Both the position numbers and the translations under genes were made by a program. The notes under the pieces were generated by a model. It was not told where the DNA came from and did not search any database. It was given only the letters and a program-made list of their open reading frames with translations. DNA of 49,229 nt, taken from Phoronis australis (taxonomy: Eukaryota; Animalia; Phoronida). The DNA is taken from assembly GCA_002633005.1 (NCBI GenBank), contig NMRA01000004.1, positions 1 through 49,229 of the forward strand, written 5' to 3'. This document shows positions 47,201-49,229 of this stretch, piece by piece; positions within the stretch are counted from its first letter, which is position 1; the number at the start of each line of letters is the position of its first letter.

Positions 47201-49065
47201 AAATGAAAACGAAAAGATGATTTAGGAAAGTAACAGCGATTTTGAGATTTGATTTTGAACATTGATTTCATATTAAACAAAATTTAGTCATGTTGATAAA
47301 ATGGGTTTACTATTGATGTACTTTTAGTATGAAATTTTGCTAAAAGGTCATGGTCACGCGACCTGATGTCAGATTGGTTAAAGTAAAAAGTCGAGTTCTG
47401 TAAGGTTTCTATTTTCAAGAACTTCAAACTTTTGCTGGGTTAACATCTATATTTTTGTGATTATTTAATTAAATACAAAGACTTATTGGTAATGCCCTAT
47501 GTATCAAGAGTTATCCAAACTGATCTCCATTTGAATTTGAAATGACTGAGTCTTTATTTGGCCACTGCCACATGATTTGATTGCATTTCTAGAGTAAAAT
47601 GTCTTATTTGCTCTTCTTTAGTGATGAAGAAGTTGAGAGAATTCGTTCGCTCATTAACGATACTCGAACCTACCCTAACGACATCCGACATTATGGTGCT
47701 CATATGAAAGTTCAAGAGTCCAAGGGTACAGCACATCTGTCATTCATTGGGCCTGATGAAGTCATGGTGTCAGCCACTGTGTATGTACTTTTAAAAGTTC
47801 AAATAACAGTTCAAAGTCAGGGCACCTCTATCATGCGTTATGGGTTTACAGATAGCACATATTTTGTCATTCGTTGATACTAATGTTGTCAAGGTCTCGA
47901 AACTTGTGCAAACTTAGTGTATCAATGGTAAGTAGGGTATGGCTAATTACCTGTTCAGTGACCCTGATGAGGTTAAGTTTTCAAAAGCTGGAAAAGCTTT
48001 AGACCATTGATACAGGGAACAGGACTTCAGTAGTATGTTTGACCATCTTTACTTGTCGTTCTTTTCAAATGGTGAATGTTGTATAACCGAGAAGCACCCT
48101 TACTTTAAGATGAACTCAGTAAACACATTGAACATTAGTCACAAAATGTCCTGAATCAGAACAGCAAACGTCAGTCGCCACCATGTGCTTTATAATTATC
48201 CCTTACATCGTAAATATAACAAATGGGAGTTATAGATATGTCATGAAGACATGTTTGTGTTAGTTTTGAGAACGAACATTCTATTGAAGGTCACTGAACT
48301 ATTGGTTTGGATCCAAGATGATGACTAGCAGTGGTATTCTACTCAACAATCACATGGCTGACTTTTACTATGACACATCTGGCTTAGAGTATCAGGTGTG
48401 TATCTTAGAGTATCAGGTGTGTATCTTAGAGTATCAGGTGTGTATCTTAGAGTATCAGGTGTGTATCTTAGAGTATCAGGTGTGTATCTTAGAGTATCAG
48501 GTGTGTATCTTAGAGTATCAGGTGTGTATCTTAGAGTATCAGGTGTGTATCCCAGCAATGATAAAGTGTCAAAAAATGAGTAATAAACTTGCAAGTGTAT
48601 GCGTGGAGTTGCAGCAGCAGCAGCAGCTGTACCAAGGTGCTATGTAAACAAAGATTAACAAGCCAAGGCTAAGGATAGAACTAGTGTCTAGCACTCTGAG
48701 CCAAATTTTATGCCTGTAAAGTAGACATGTGAAGAGTAAGTCAATATTCACGTATTTCTATTTTTTGGGATCCATACAAAATATGCTCATAATTGGACCA
48801 AACTAACAAATGTTCGTCAATGGTAGACAAGAACGTGGAGTCTTACTTCTGCTAAAACTACTTGAAGATGGTTTATTGCTCTGTTGCTATGTATCTGATG
48901 GTAATCATTCTTACACTTTGTTTCTTTTACACCTCCAGGCCAATCAGATAGAGCCAGGCAAGCGCCCTCTATCCTCCATGTCTCCAGTCATTCTCTTCAA
49001 TACTCCACATGGCTGCAAGTTTCATATGACATTAGGAGGCACCAATGGTACCCGCATCATAACTG
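35283..49065 (+). CDS. GGT7: Gamma-glutamyltransferase / glutathione hydrolase 7-like, partial (start codon uncertain, 3' end beyond window)
   Basis: In-frame GT-AG exons 35283-35454, 36975-37089, 37674-37825, 39663-39792, 41484-41551, 42614-42687, 44543-44745, 45002-45095, 45498-45625, 46116-46204, 47622-47780, 48290-48395, 48939-49065. Motifs: TM anchor RGLTVIIASSIVISAAITIALITHIYVGEPQ (GGT7-like), GGSTVDAAIA, SSGIGGGGFML, IDFREVAP, VAVPGMLKGL, catalytic GTAHLS, GILLNNHMADF, PGKRPLSSMSP. Family is secure; GGT7 orthology rests on the N-terminal tail and TM similarity. Confidence 0.92.
40020..40350. repeat. 23-bp minisatellite, ~14 copies
   Basis: Unit (G/A)TCCCCAATGAGCCCCTTACAAA, intronic. 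Confidence 0.95.
43076..43328. repeat. 23-bp minisatellite, ~11 copies
   Basis: Unit ATATTTATACACACAC(GTGT/TTGC)ATG, intronic, with two interspersed variants. Confidence 0.92.
43923..44016. repeat. Tandem duplication, 44 bp x 2
   Basis: ATTTTGTATGTTTTCTTTTGGCTTGTAATGTATTTGTCCATCTC repeated twice. Confidence 0.9.
45105..45245. repeat. Degenerate ~43-bp tandem repeat, ~3 copies
   Basis: CCAGTCAGTACAT...TCTTGTGAAATGTTGAGCAGATGA units immediately after the exon ending at 45095. Confidence 0.7.
48383..48550 (+). repeat. Perfect 21-bp tandem repeat x 8 spanning a GGT exon-intron junction
   Basis: Unit CTTAGAGTATCAGGTGTGTAT. Each unit contains CAG|GTGTGT and reads LEYQVCI in the GGT frame. Confidence 0.97.
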
Positions 49066-49229
49066 GTAAGCATCAACTGCAGACCATGACGTGAAGTAAG
49101 AATGTACCTCATAGGTTCTGTTGTGCACAGAGTTTCTTGGAAAAAGGCCCTAGTAGACCGGGATCCCAGAGCTTTTTTGGGCATGAAAAGGTAACCAATT
49201 TTCTTTGGTGCCACAGTGCTCTGTGGGTA

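Noticed and set aside
47895-48012. Hammerhead ribozyme or SECIS element (GAAAC...GTA...CTGATGA; ATGA...AAA...GA)
   Set aside because: Hammerhead stems I and II would have only ~2 bp each. The SECIS helix does not register with the GA quartet and the site is intronic, not 3' UTR.

Overview
Eukaryotic (invertebrate-like, AT-rich, intron-rich) genomic DNA with three spliced protein-coding genes. (1) The 5' part of a BTB/POZ-domain gene on the minus strand, running off the left edge. (2) A complete 14-exon NMD3 (60S export adaptor, ~509 aa) on the plus strand. (3) Most of a GGT7-like gamma-glutamyltransferase on the plus strand, running off the right edge. NMD3 is a snoRNA host: four distinct SNORD53/92-family box C/D snoRNAs sit in introns 6, 9, 10 and 13, and one is seen twice because of an apparent haplotype-overlap duplication at an N join. 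NMD3 introns also hold weaker C/D candidates and an unexplained ~210-nt structured element. Introns and intergenic DNA carry several TIR DNA transposons (Tc1/mariner-type, hAT-type with 6- and 7-bp TSDs, and a nested Mutator-like/hAT pair with a decayed transposase). Two related elements form a ~1 kb inverted repeat around the NMD3 promoter and exon 1. The most striking oddity is a perfect 8 x 21-bp in-frame tandem repeat that multiplies a GGT 5' splice site at the lid-loop position. Most entries in the ORF track are spurious or exon fragments.
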